From contig NW_005434560.1 in NCBI RefSeq assembly GCF_000315625.1, forward strand, positions 102,049 through 166,048: a stretch of 64,000 bases of DNA, given 5' to 3'. The position numbers and the translations under genes were made by a program. The number at the start of each line of letters is the position of its first letter. Positions within the stretch are counted from its first letter, which is position 1. The notes below the pieces were generated by a model that saw only the letters and a program-made list of their open reading frames with translations, searched no databases and was not told the DNA's origin. Below, one piece after another: positions 51,201-59,456 of this stretch. Source of the DNA: Guillardia theta CCMP2712 (Eukaryota; Protista; Cryptophyta).

Positions 51201-51425
51201 GTCGCGGTCTGCGAGCTCGCTCCACTCGGCGAGCTGCTCGAGGGACTCGTGGAGGAGGTCCATGGTCTCCTGCTCGATCTCTTCTTTGGACGGTGTCGGC
51301 GTTTCATGGGAATGGCAGTCGTTGTTGGGAATAGAAGCCGAGTGGAACACCACCTGGACTCCATCGTAATCGATGGCTTCTTCGGGGTGAGATCCAGACG
51401 GCAGGTGGTTTACTGCGCCGTGCAT
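45279..51425 (-). CDS. Giant (2048 aa) helical/acidic protein containing RNA Pol II CTD-like heptads
   Basis: Uninterrupted ORF with an upstream CGTATAAAA (51451-51459, minus) and (YSPPSPT)4-YSPSSPT. No RNA polymerase motifs. Confidence 0.85.
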   Translation of the reverse strand: MHGAVNHLPSGSHPEEAIDYDGVQVVFHSASIPNNDCHSHETPTPSKEEIEQETMDLLHESLEQLAEWSELADRDDGVLRFPPSVLRAAGIQDDGLWDEAYYDDEREFYNDDLGDGSMHVTPRYDYSSDDEPGSDHEEMSESGHEFSPEIGAPGEGAAGNWKDVAEKKKKDNTPIFIKRLKDYQILPNYIKDAMTSLKSFQINHEIDKLMEKCDTLKRRYTKPLGGKFKNIYYSEFLSMTRKLNFVIRRMSYLLRHVNNLEKGKVTDRDEYQKNINTARNELKDTYNVMRYVSLILFANKNGRDEFIKLMKSEYKDEERKESVMKHFKLPIWEKPQGDLHHIAREILTEEQINSHNIYYKRMYLRHDYEKNRHEIDVLKNTLDEMDEIDKSMDASDDFKQFIEDNSEHIATIKVITSIRYMLQWAKIDHVFVEGFNDKIDYSILEDIVRGNPIGAIPKDEAELKQALNMHQSTYNQYIKDLDTNADKEIQRDIQRMKSKEPWNQGEFQKNNKEDFNITPQYMFAAMIKGKQKYADTTDIKDIKLDIQSRNDRRVKKILKQVHGAYAGNVERLRFCKRYTHKVYNMWMKATMTSSSLDIDPYRVNIREIKQELYDMKPYMADVQPGHMKRFGSNLLNAINVKRIMKQQMQLDAHKDVWNTKVNNAKPTDDYGMIIRNSEAVKLFKEALPLILAARINTIKALNVILMPSIKNNDQDANSKKVFQRYMLGMIDALLGQSSIEVPLEYQRGYGEYRLEPNEYMMNDIKTTVEPDSFTFKQMEQLKDYLHLELPTVKTWLSVHEFNVNAEQNNDIMNVLVRAPGYIDDIKSTIQTIYEFTKLMVLYQFGKWIDRNIETFTQMDNRVINENIIKENIKSYQSSKQELQKNHRNVLEKLKLMTKVVSALNKKDWSALSSNEINENDREKLKQELNKETKLIEKIIQHRHNPIQQKNPFQRTIPLMSDKNKRTDQDSSRSSKKPRLECIFSRDIHRDIEDPNGILLGDAWGYAAEMGESDSDSEDECDDQKGVSAMFIGMPVAVTNNAKRRRNRKNKDLQPRRRYNSEIMRYRSAVSRLNGLLLQLKISLDQSTTNLHNIEKHGIDRVIENRKKFMSKITEVSNTTRYRDTSPKSTLIELYNFAVGKQNETAKQAIVKYIMGCKMVISVVMQRVLKILVIQSVNYQHSAKQFKECSLHLNPKVKKLTTSLYINTRRLIKEDDPLKIVRLMPYVINSFVEIIKGIYYDYRKKLRITLQQEAILSFILHNQTFLNPFTRMTVQTTNMDTTNLMNIVTNFEHMIQVILAGEDDKAADLEIARLPGAAENDKPMLTWSMRSWDDFYVTLTNAPLTEVIDKLTPMSGITKYPRLDGTLRENSLGIIKDVAKKQQVSTDHMETVMKNHWEDTKKKIIDKLNEIFTMDYQFTYKTALGTAIVPPNNILNSLVSQLKETWRIYKDIDSELKKYAYLKDITNGILLQMSTIEINASQLKMNDVDSFINLRAMLSLYTNALYNMELAYQKGRIQSIDLSPHSPTYSPPSPTYSPPSPTYSPPSPTYSPPSPTYSPSSPTPMHAKLGADGDGMEDNASEKDNESEPDMEPEEPDMEPDNRHHTQMDNDPGVRKAHDQRGIGGKNTDEDSKASNVRKHSPGVLPGFVRKEEASNSPKPSRDQEIDHEKVWNPPHTRGGHNRGGLLYEDPEASNKRPRSPSPAHSHPSSTTSVSSATPWKVHIIGILHTLPKEDFTRILHIHLDRDSVVKYRLKQVLPKLAYNQLYVTRSRVARNMQVVKYSSGSATIVVSGKVFAEILKKSIENMKNNHKTELFGDNTPEVSIEESNWDGVLHRWVFRYIRALHKFTLNMAYVIKSLKTNETAKAKNKKSSYYMQRTSDTWYTIVSHRLRHTELWTPVSFFDHLSADMYFPWYCIENLPGNSLEDIVVQFQNFYSSNLINAAYTAITYNPDNYEIGRKPPTDGNYDLIDMYGSFRERDMRKQIRKGLQEKKKAWNELMIKWKPDGINAPWPFTPTVNKLLNHTRQSDYNKESYELILKSSNLIDAPQ
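46741..46860 (-). repeat. 21-bp tandem repeat encoding CTD-like heptads
   Basis: ggggaatatgtgggagaagga units, translating to SPHSPT(YSPPSPT)4YSPSSPT. Confidence 0.95.
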
Positions 51426-51567
51426 CCTGCCGTACGGGCGTCGCGGTCTCTTTTATACGGGGGAACCGTGCGGATAACCGTGTATTTAAGTTCGTGTGGC
51501 GGAGGGACAGATACGCTGGTCTGGCTGGATTCCTTGAAATTCATTGCTTGCCAGATACACGGGCGGG

Positions 51568-52383
51568 ATGTCGCTGTCGAAGTTTCAAGAACAGTCAAAC
51601 TATGCTGTTGCATTCCACTTATGCAGGAACATGGCTGATGTGAGGAAGGACATGAAGAAAATTCAAGGGTTTAATTATCAGGCTCCCTATGAATTCATGA
51701 ATTATCATCTCAAATATGCAATTCCCTCGGATAAGTACAAGTGTGCCATGCAGTATGGCAATTACCTGATGTTGAAATCCGCTGAGTTGCTGATGGGTTT
51801 GAAGGATAAGTTCCAGAAACCCCTCGATGGTAACAGAAAAGTAGGGATAGATGAAAAACACAACTTCATTTTTTCGGATCCTTGTACGGTCATACAAGCC
51901 ATGAAGTTGCATAATGGACACTACTACGAAAACTTTTCTCTCCCCAAGGATCTCATGGAGGACCTAGAGAATCCAAGCCTGGAGCCCCCTTTCCTTGTGG
52001 TGCATAATTATGAGGTGCACTGGTTCCCTGCCTCCAAGATCACCCCGGGCAAGAATGGGATGGGGTGGTACGTCGACTCCGTCGTTCGCACCGTCGACGA
52101 TCAAATGAGGCCGGTTCAGTTCTTCGCGGCATACTCCAGTGAGGAGAGGAATGAGTACAGCCGCGTCCTGTACGACAACTGCGAATTCGGGCCCTCGAAC
52201 TGCAATATCGACATTCCGTTCAAGAAGTTCGAGTACAGCCAGGAGAGCCTCGACGCCATGAAGCAGTTTCCACACCCTCCGATGTTGAACGCGAACGAGT
52301 TGCCAGATTCGCCGTTGGAGGCAAGCTCGGAGGAGGAGTGGAAGCCCCCTGCGAAGGTGTCCAGGACGAGCGCGAGGAAGTAG
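51568..52383 (+). CDS. Hypothetical protein
   Basis: ATG ORF with TGTATTTAAG at 51481 and a basic C-terminus. Confidence 0.75.
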   Translation: MSLSKFQEQSNYAVAFHLCRNMADVRKDMKKIQGFNYQAPYEFMNYHLKYAIPSDKYKCAMQYGNYLMLKSAELLMGLKDKFQKPLDGNRKVGIDEKHNFIFSDPCTVIQAMKLHNGHYYENFSLPKDLMEDLENPSLEPPFLVVHNYEVHWFPASKITPGKNGMGWYVDSVVRTVDDQMRPVQFFAAYSSEERNEYSRVLYDNCEFGPSNCNIDIPFKKFEYSQESLDAMKQFPHPPMLNANELPDSPLEASSEEEWKPPAKVSRTSARK

Positions 52384-52451
52384 ATGCCAGGAGGGTAGGC
52401 GTCCCGTGTGTGTGTTTGGTACTAAATCACGTTTAATTTACTTCATATGTA

Positions 52452-53039
52452 CTACTCCTCCGAGACGCTCTCCATGAGCCATGCGACCTCTGTCTTGGTT
52501 CTTTCGGCGTAGGAGAGGAAATGGTCATCCTTGTCGATGTTGTACTTGCGGATGTAGTGGAAGTACTTGTCGGAATCTCGGTCATAGTAGCCGTCGGCCA
52601 CGAAAACGACCCCGTGATTGATGAACAGGGGTGCGTGCTCGTAGTGGGTCTGGCGAACATAATAGGGGTACCAATGCACCGCCTTGACCGCCATGCTGTG
52701 GAAACACTCGATCACGTCTTCAGTGGGGACGGTGATCCTGTCCACGGCCTTTGCCTTCTCGAGCGCGCCTTCGAGCTGCTTGATGGCAGAGGCGATAGTG
52801 TCCTTCTTCTCTTTGGAGGTCGTGGTGGTGAGTTTTTCCTTCAACTCGGCGAGCTTCGGGGGTGCGAAGGTCTCGAACCTCTCGTTGCAGATGGTGACGG
52901 TGCGGATAGTGACAGTATCCAATTCTTCATCCCTGACTTTGAAGGATAGCGTCACCTTGGCCGGGTGGGCTTCAAACCTCGGGCGTTTGCGTGCGCGCTC
53001 TTCAGCGTTGCTTTGCAACCTGTAGATCTCGGTGAACAT
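52452..53039 (-). CDS. Hypothetical protein with RKRPR NLS-like motif
   Basis: ATG at 53039 lies ~30 nt after TATTTAAA (~53071-53078, minus). Confidence 0.7.
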   Translation of the reverse strand: MFTEIYRLQSNAEERARKRPRFEAHPAKVTLSFKVRDEELDTVTIRTVTICNERFETFAPPKLAELKEKLTTTTSKEKKDTIASAIKQLEGALEKAKAVDRITVPTEDVIECFHSMAVKAVHWYPYYVRQTHYEHAPLFINHGVVFVADGYYDRDSDKYFHYIRKYNIDKDDHFLSYAERTKTEVAWLMESVSEE

Positions 53040-53214
53040 GCCACGCGTGCCCTGTGCTTTTTGGTGTAGCTTTAAATAAAACATCGAGGGGGGAATAAAA
53101 AAACACAAAAAAAAACTTCCATGACGCCGAAATCCATCTCTCCGCGCTTTCGAACGTATTAAACCCGGCGATGGCGCCGCCCTCCTCGGACTGGTTACTG
53201 ACGCTTTCCCGCAG

Positions 53215-54783
53215 ATTGGGACGACCAAGGGCACCGGCGGGGATGTGCTGATCCTGGAGGAGGCGGCATACTGCGACGAAGGTTTCTTCTACGAAACCGT
53301 CGCACCCATCCTTTCCATCGGCAACACGTCGCTGCTGTGTATATCTACCTTGACATCGGAGATCAATTTCTACACCAGGCTGATAAAGATGCGGGACCCG
53401 GAGACGGGCAGGCCACTCTTCGCCGTCAGGTGCATCGAGCTCGCCTGCCAGGCATGCAAGGAAGACGGCAAGGCGCACGAGTGTGTGCACCTCCTGCATC
53501 TCGTCCCGCAGTGGCAGAGTGGCGAGAGGCACAGGAGGCTGAAGGTGATGATGCAGGATCGCCCGGATCTGATACAATCCGAGCTGGCGGGGCTGGCGTT
53601 CGACTCCCTGCAGCAGGCCTTCCGCCCCAAAGACGTGGAGATCATGTTCGAGCAGGTCGCCCCTCCCCTCTCCAACGGACAGACCGTCTTCGTCGTCGTG
53701 GACCCGGCGGCGGGAGGGCCGCAGAGCGACTACGCCGTCGTGAGCATCGTGAGGAGCAAGGGGCTTGTGACGGTAACTCTCTGTGTGTTTGCACCCTTCT
53801 TCCCCTCTAGCTGTATTGGTAGACCTCCCGCAGCTCCCGCTCGAAGTCGACGCTGAGGCGGAGCTCGTCGCGGAGGAAGCGGGGCACGACGCGGGAGCCG
53901 AGCTCGCGGAAGAGCACGGGGGCCTTGTGGGGGCAGAGGCCCTTGAGCGTGACCCCGGTGGGTTCGTGGAGGAAGGAGCGGCAGACCGCCTCTTTTAGCC
54001 CCATGTCCACGTTGAGCAAGAGGAAGAAGACGCACCTCGCGCTGTGCGGCGACCGCCTCGCGATCTCGTAGAGCCGGACCGCCTCCGTGTCCCGCAGCTC
54101 CGCGGCGATCCTCTCCACCGCCCCCTTGCAGAACTCGAGCGTGGTCCTCATGTCGTCTGTGTAGAGGATGTGGAAGAGGACGTCCCTGTTTCTGAGCTCT
54201 GACATCTACCCTTCGCAGATCGTCGGGATGGACGTGCTGTCGGGATGCAAAGGTACTTCTTTTTTTTTTAATCTTTCCTGCATTGACTCCCTTGGAAGAG
54301 CCCGACAAGCAGTTCGACCTGCTCGGGGAGCACATGGAGAGGCTGCGGGGGATGAACACCGCGCTCTACGCCTCGGAGTTCGTCGTCATGGTGGAGCGGA
54401 ACCTGGGCTTCGAGGCGGAGTACCACCAGCGGCACTTCAACGGCATGCCCCATGTCCGCTTCCGCGTCGACCACAAGGCCCAGAGGTACGGCGTGCTGAC
54501 GACACTCGAGATAAAGCACGCCATGTGCACCATGCTCAACACCATGCTGCGGGAGCGGAGGGTGCACCTCTGGGGCGAGTTCGTCAGCCGCGACCCCAGG
54601 GGCATGAAGCGCCGGCTCCGCGAGCAGCTCGAGATCTACTCCTACCAGTTCAAGGGCGCCGCCAGCGTCTTCAACAAGGACCAGCTCGCGCTCAGCGGGA
54701 AGGTCGGCGGGATGAAGGACGACGTCTGCATCGCCCTGCAGCTCGCCTGCTACTACAGCTCCAACCCGGAGTTCTACGTGTAG
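53215..54783 (+). CDS. Herpes-type terminase large (ATPase/nuclease) subunit, 3' exons: 53215-53772, 54219-54252, 54299-54783 (358 aa spliced); Walker-A exon absent from window
   Basis: KGTGGDVLILEEAAY (Walker B), CIST (motif III), CxxC..C.H..P.W, and RNase-H nuclease motifs VVVDPAAGG, VERN and SGKVGGMKDD. Removing two GT-AG introns restores one frame (1077 nt). Confidence 0.88.
53773..54218 (+). other. Spliceosomal intron (446 nt, phase 0) in the terminase, containing a nested antisense gene
   Basis: Donor ACG|GTAACT, branch CTCTGAC (54197-54203), acceptor CCTTCGCAG. Splicing joins GLVT to IVGMD. Confidence 0.8.
53807..54205 (-). CDS. Hypothetical protein (132 aa) nested antisense inside the terminase intron
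   Basis: ATG-to-TAG ORF filling 399 of 446 intron bases, with genome-typical GC3 codon usage and globular composition. Confidence 0.7.
   Translation of the reverse strand: MSELRNRDVLFHILYTDDMRTTLEFCKGAVERIAAELRDTEAVRLYEIARRSPHSARCVFFLLLNVDMGLKEAVCRSFLHEPTGVTLKGLCPHKAPVLFRELGSRVVPRFLRDELRLSVDFERELREVYQYS
54253..54298 (+). other. Spliceosomal intron (46 nt, phase 1) in the terminase
   Basis: Donor AAG|GTACTT, T-rich body, branch CATTGAC, acceptor AAG. Splicing joins GCK-E-PDKQF. Confidence 0.8.
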
Positions 54784-54845
54784 TCACTGCTGTTCACGCA
54801 TATTTATGTGACTCTCTCTGGTGACAGTCCAACGTTCAAGTTACT

Positions 54846-55097
54846 ATGGTTTCAGAAGAAATGAGTAAGAGAGAGAGCCACATCCTGTCCTTCAAGACCT
54901 GGTCTATAGGCATTCTGGATGAAAGTGACATTGATGCCGTCAAAGTTGCCATATCCTTGGATGATGTGCAGCATATCTTCCATAAGATCAACTACAGGGT
55001 ACCTTATGATTGTGATCACAAAGAACTTTGTTGTATGTGGCTCAAGGTGGTCATTGATGACAATCTTGAAGCTGCCTTTAGAAATGTTTCTATTTAG
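54846..55097 (+). CDS. Small hypothetical protein, low GC
   Basis: ATG ORF with an upstream TATTTAT (~54801). Confidence 0.55.
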   Translation: MVSEEMSKRESHILSFKTWSIGILDESDIDAVKVAISLDDVQHIFHKINYRVPYDCDHKELCCMWLKVVIDDNLEAAFRNVSI

Positions 55098-55147
55098 GCT
55101 AAACCCGTTCTCTCTGTATTGGAATTAAATTACGATTCCTTATTAAT

Positions 55148-56527
55148 TCAAAGCCGCATCTGCACCAACATCATCCGCATGGCAGCCTGCATCCTGTTGC
55201 ACCGCACCACCCTCTCCGCGTCGTCCTCCGGAATCCCGCGGAGTGCGCCCAGGTACCGGGTGACGAGGACGTGCTTGACGAGGAGGTACTTCCCGGTCCG
55301 GATGCTGTCGGAGTTGAGGTTGGCGGCCTGTGACATGTACGCCTTCAACCCGTTGAAGTAACGCACGTTGACCTGCGCGGGGGACTGCGCGGCGGCGAGG
55401 AAGGTCATTCCCTGGATCTCGCCCAGGTGGAACTTACCGTGGAGGTAGACCGCGATGTAGGGGTTGGTGGCAATGTCCCGCAGGATTATGTATGCAAAGG
55501 CCTTCTCTTGCATGAATGTGAAAGACGATGTCTTGATCTTTGGTTGAAGTTCGAAGGGATCCTCCGAAAAGTCTTTCCTATTTCCTGCGTCCTCTTGCAT
55601 CAGCAGCTTCATCATACCCGATCCCCACTCGTTGGTGCACTGCATCCTCACCCCGAGCTTGTTGTAGTAGCCGGTGGGGTAGTTGATAAAGACGCGGGTG
55701 GTTTTTGTCTGGTCTGCGGTGTGCTCGTCGTTCCACATGTAGAGCACAAAGCGCTCGATGACCCGCCAGAGGCTCAGGTACAGGTGCGTCGGGAACACGT
55801 TGCCCACTAGGGACGTCTTGAAGCGCAGCACCGCCGAGATGACGTTGTTCGTTTTTTCGAAGACCTTGTAGCTCTCGCTCATCAGCTTGTTGTCTCTCGT
55901 TTGCATGTCTTTCCAGTCCTTCTTGTCCGCGTCCACCTCGATGAGCAGCGTGATGTGCATGCCGGCGAACTCCACGAAGAGGGAGACGTCGGGGCGGGTG
56001 CTGTTGCCGTCCCTCCCGCAGATGGTGCGGTTGAAGATCATTCTTACCTGGGACCCCGGGAAGCGGGTGGCGATCTCCCTACCGCACATGCCGGCGAAGA
56101 CCTCCACGACGGGGTGGTCCTGCAGGATCGCCGTCGGCACCCCGGGCATGGCGACGCAGCACATGCAGACCGCTGTACCCTTTCTGGTGTCGATGCGGAG
56201 GTCGGTGAGGCTGACGATGGAGCGCCGGCCGCAGATGGCGCAGACGAAGTGCCGCTCGTCGCACTGGGCGACCACCCAGCTCTGCAGCGACTCCATCAGC
56301 GCCACGCCGTCGATCGCGGAGGCGTCGATCTCGGCCTGGAGGGCTGCGATCTCCGCGGCATGCAACGCATGTTGGTCCTTCGGAAACATGGCTTTCGCAT
56401 CTTTGTTATTCTTGAAGTTCGGTGTCCAGAAGGGGGTCTGCGTGAAGACAGAGGCGAGGTTGGCGCGCATGGCAAGCTCCTTGTTGGGATATCTTTCTGG
56501 AACGGGGTCACAGGTGATCGTCTGCAT
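55148..56527 (-). CDS. Zn-ribbon plus PD-(D/E)xK-family nuclease
   Basis: CAICG...CMCC zinc motif and TRPDVSLF...LLIEVD nuclease motif. ATG at 56527 follows TGTATTTCAA (56564-56573, minus). Confidence 0.65.
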   Translation of the reverse strand: MQTITCDPVPERYPNKELAMRANLASVFTQTPFWTPNFKNNKDAKAMFPKDQHALHAAEIAALQAEIDASAIDGVALMESLQSWVVAQCDERHFVCAICGRRSIVSLTDLRIDTRKGTAVCMCCVAMPGVPTAILQDHPVVEVFAGMCGREIATRFPGSQVRMIFNRTICGRDGNSTRPDVSLFVEFAGMHITLLIEVDADKKDWKDMQTRDNKLMSESYKVFEKTNNVISAVLRFKTSLVGNVFPTHLYLSLWRVIERFVLYMWNDEHTADQTKTTRVFINYPTGYYNKLGVRMQCTNEWGSGMMKLLMQEDAGNRKDFSEDPFELQPKIKTSSFTFMQEKAFAYIILRDIATNPYIAVYLHGKFHLGEIQGMTFLAAAQSPAQVNVRYFNGLKAYMSQAANLNSDSIRTGKYLLVKHVLVTRYLGALRGIPEDDAERVVRCNRMQAAMRMMLVQMRL

Positions 56528-56635
56528 GCATCGGTTCTCTGGGATGGCCTCCTTGCCGACCCCTTGAAATACAGCCCCGCCCCGGCGCCCGGGTATTTGA
56601 ACCCGGCAGGCCCCACCGGAGAGAGATTCCATACC

Positions 56636-57811
56636 ATGCAACGCGCGAACCGGGCCGTGACCTTCCAGGAGCTCTACGCCAGGGCCAGGCTCTACATGCG
56701 CTACCACGTCATCATCTCCGTGCTGCTGCTGGGCGCCGCGACGGGGCTCTTCCTCCTCAACATCAACAGCTTCCTCCGCCAGAGCGGGGTGGTCGTGAAC
56801 GGCAGCTCGCCGCCTACGAGGAGGAGCGGGGCGGATGCTCCTTACAAGGACGAGTCCGAGTCACGTTCCCTCGTGAAGAAGCTGACCCGCCGGGCGATCG
56901 CCGAAAACGCCGTCCCCGACCGCCTCCTCACGGTCGTCATCCTCACCCGGGACCGGCCCTGGAGCCTGGAGAGGCTGCTGGTCTCGCTCTCCGCGGCAAG
57001 GTACGACCAGGGGGTCAGGGTCAACCTCATCCTCAGGCAGGACCTCCCTGCCAACGGCGTGCTCTGCCAGGACACGGCCAGGATCATCCGGAGGCTCTAC
57101 TGGCCCCACGGCTCCGTCGACCACGCCATCGAACAAGCGCCCAGGGGGCCCATGCGCATGTGGCTCGGCGCCTACGCCCCCTCCGGCCCCACGGACTACT
57201 TCCTCGTCCTGGAGGACGACATGGAGGTCAGCCGCTTCTACTGCCGCTGGGTGCTCGCCGCCCTCGACCGCTTCCGCCTCGACTCCACCGTCTTCGCCGT
57301 GTCCGCGTCCAAGCCCGAGCTCAGGGGCAGGGACCCGCTGGGGCTCGGCCCGGTCCAGTCCAGCATCCCCGCCGGCACCACCCACGTCAAGTACAGGATG
57401 CCCACCCCGGACGCCCTCGCCCCCGTTCCCAGGCACTGGAACGCCTTCCGCACCTGGGCGGTGAAGATGCTCGACAGCGATGGCTTCGACCCCACGCTCA
57501 CGGAAGAGGTCGACGTCCGCGACCTCCGCCCCTTCGAGATCTACAGGGAGATGCGCGCCATCGGGAGGCAGGAGCTCGCCTGGACCGCCTTCCTCGTCCG
57601 CTACACCTTCGAGGTCGGCCAGTCCACCGTCTACCCCTGGACCCCCACCGGCGCCTCCCTCGCCCGCTCCTGGGACGAGCCCGACGCCCTCACCCGCCAC
57701 GGCCGCGGCCCTACCTCCGACCTCCTCGCCGTCTGGGACCCGGCCCTCGTCCGCTGGAACCCCAGGGCTGGAGTCAGGCTCGACTACACGGGCAGGCCCA
57801 TGTCTCCTTGA
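56636..57811 (+). CDS. Type II membrane GT-A fold glycosyltransferase
   Basis: N-terminal [25 protein letters not shown] and LVLEDD (DxD-like). ATG follows GGTATTTGAA (56592). Confidence 0.85.
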   Translation: MQRANRAVTFQELYARARLYMRYHVIISVLLLGAATGLFLLNINSFLRQSGVVVNGSSPPTRRSGADAPYKDESESRSLVKKLTRRAIAENAVPDRLLTVVILTRDRPWSLERLLVSLSAARYDQGVRVNLILRQDLPANGVLCQDTARIIRRLYWPHGSVDHAIEQAPRGPMRMWLGAYAPSGPTDYFLVLEDDMEVSRFYCRWVLAALDRFRLDSTVFAVSASKPELRGRDPLGLGPVQSSIPAGTTHVKYRMPTPDALAPVPRHWNAFRTWAVKMLDSDGFDPTLTEEVDVRDLRPFEIYREMRAIGRQELAWTAFLVRYTFEVGQSTVYPWTPTGASLARSWDEPDALTRHGRGPTSDLLAVWDPALVRWNPRAGVRLDYTGRPMSP

Positions 57812-57867
57812 CGGAGTGCGGTGTATTTAAACGCGGCGAGAAAGGAGGTGGCATCGTGGTTTTGATT

Positions 57868-59355
57868 ATGGGACGCACCAAACAAGATCAACGGAGGGAG
57901 ACCGGTCAAAGGGCTCCAGTCGCGAGGCTCTCAACTCAGAGAGCCAGAGAAGATGCACCCTTTACGGCGGGTGTAAGACAGCCAGGCAGCACTGCTACCA
58001 AGCAGCGCGGTGTTGTCGCATCGGGCGTGAATGTGCCCAATTATCTGCAGTTGATCTGTGCCCTTTCTGCTTTTCAAAGTGAGGAAGATCTAAAACAAAT
58101 GCAGTACTTTGTCGACCTTTCTAAGGAAGATGAAGCTTGGTACAACAAGCTTACCTCAGAAAACAGGCAAATATTTGATGATCTCTGGGTTAGGCTCGAT
58201 TCCGTGTCTGTACCTCAGACAGAACAGCAAACGACTGAAGGTGCAGCTTCTATCTTGCAGAGCATGCGCAATGACGAGAATCAAGACACGCAACAGGAGT
58301 TCCAGGAATCCGATCCAACCAATGTCGTGAGCGGCACCCTGCAACCGGACGTCACGGTGCTCCTCGAATCCCAACCCGAGAGCAATGAAATGGATTCGCA
58401 GCAAGAGCCTGTGCCGGCCCCTCCTGCCGTCGATGGAAATGGTGATCCAATCGATGAAACGGGCACTGGATCGCAGGTTCCTGGGACGTCGCCGACCGAT
58501 GAGCCGACATCCGTTTCCTCTACCATCGATGAGAACAATCAAGAAATCGATGGAACGGGTACTGAATCGCAGGTTCCTGGGACGTCGCCGACCGTTGAGC
58601 CGACATCCGTTCCTGTCGTCGATATGAACGAGAACAGAGATGAAGGCTCTTCCAACGCTACCGGTTCAAGCAAACTGCTAGAGAAGGCATTTCAGCGAGA
58701 GAGCAGCTCGGATGAATCCGATGATCCCGATGCACCTGTGATCACCAACTCTCGCAAGAACGTCGGTGGCAAGCAACTCCCACAGATGCAACCACAGATG
58801 TCGAACCCACAGCCGCAACCAGCAACGTTTGTGAACCCAGCTTTGGAAGAGTATCACTTCGTTATTCCCGAGCAACCCGACAATGGTCCGGAACAAACAG
58901 GCGTTCCATCTACTGCCACTGATTCGTCTGTTTCTAAAAAACCAATCAGAACCAAGCAGACTGCCAAGAAGAGCACTGGCGGCAAAGCACCACGCAAAGG
59001 TCGCGCCAAAAAGGATTCTAGGAGGTCCACCGTACACGACGGCGGAGTCAAAAAGCCCCACCGCTTCCGCCCCGGCACCGTGGCCCTCCGCGAGATCCGC
59101 AGGTACCAGAAGAGTACGGAGCTCCTTATCAGGAAGATCCCTTTCCAGCGGCTCGTCAGGGAGGTAACGCAAGACCTGGGATTCCGGGGCATCCGATATA
59201 AAGCAGATGCCATCATGGCGTTGCAGGAGGCTTCGGAGGCCTACCTGGTTGGACTCTTTGAAGACACCAACCTCTGTGCCATCCATGCCAAGCGTGTCAC
59301 GATCATGCCCAAGGACATCCAGCTGGCCCGGAGGATCCGTGGGGAGCGTACTTAG
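57868..59355 (+). CDS. H3: Histone H3 fusion (495 aa): N-terminal H3-tail copy, long acidic linker, complete H3 (58945-59352)
   Basis: The C-terminal [17 protein letters not shown]...[28 protein letters not shown]...[20 protein letters not shown] is unmistakably H3. ATG at 57868 follows TGTATTTAAA (57822). Confidence 0.95.
   Translation: MGRTKQDQRRETGQRAPVARLSTQRAREDAPFTAGVRQPGSTATKQRGVVASGVNVPNYLQLICALSAFQSEEDLKQMQYFVDLSKEDEAWYNKLTSENRQIFDDLWVRLDSVSVPQTEQQTTEGAASILQSMRNDENQDTQQEFQESDPTNVVSGTLQPDVTVLLESQPESNEMDSQQEPVPAPPAVDGNGDPIDETGTGSQVPGTSPTDEPTSVSSTIDENNQEIDGTGTESQVPGTSPTVEPTSVPVVDMNENRDEGSSNATGSSKLLEKAFQRESSSDESDDPDAPVITNSRKNVGGKQLPQMQPQMSNPQPQPATFVNPALEEYHFVIPEQPDNGPEQTGVPSTATDSSVSKKPIRTKQTAKKSTGGKAPRKGRAKKDSRRSTVHDGGVKKPHRFRPGTVALREIRRYQKSTELLIRKIPFQRLVREVTQDLGFRGIRYKADAIMALQEASEAYLVGLFEDTNLCAIHAKRVTIMPKDIQLARRIRGERT
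58450..58614. repeat. Imperfect ~69-bp repeat x2 (96-bp period) in the H3 linker
   Basis: [22 protein letters not shown] versus [22 protein letters not shown]. Confidence 0.9.
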
Positions 59356-59379
59356 ATCGTACTTAGATCGTACTTAGAT
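59347..59379. repeat. 11-bp tandem repeat x3 spanning the H3 stop codon
   Basis: cgtacttagat occurs three times. Confidence 0.95.
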
Positions 59380-59456
59380 TATCCCACCCCACGGGCATAC
59401 CGTCCCCTTTCCGTTCGTAGTGATTAAACGTCGCTTAATATTACTTTACTGTTTCT

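Noticed and set aside
45279-51425. RNA polymerase largest subunit call because of CTD-like heptads
   Set aside because: There is no NADFDGD or other Rpb1 conserved block, and the heptads are internal.
53773-53810. Short 38-nt intron using the pyrimidine tract plus TAG at 53810
   Set aside because: It would hit a stop within four codons and lose the nuclease domain, whereas the 54218 acceptor restores the full frame.
55901-57867. Long N-terminal extensions of ORFs 55901..57811 and 57160..59355, and the many overlapping shadow ORFs across the window
   Set aside because: High GC3 leaves alternative frames open. Promoter motifs and composition place the true starts at 56636 and 57868.
58945-59355. 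Centromeric H3 (CENP-A) call because of the long N-terminus and loop-1 insertion
   Set aside because: The canonical tail, Q68 (PFQRL) and T107 (EDTN) are retained and the fold is very close to canonical H3.
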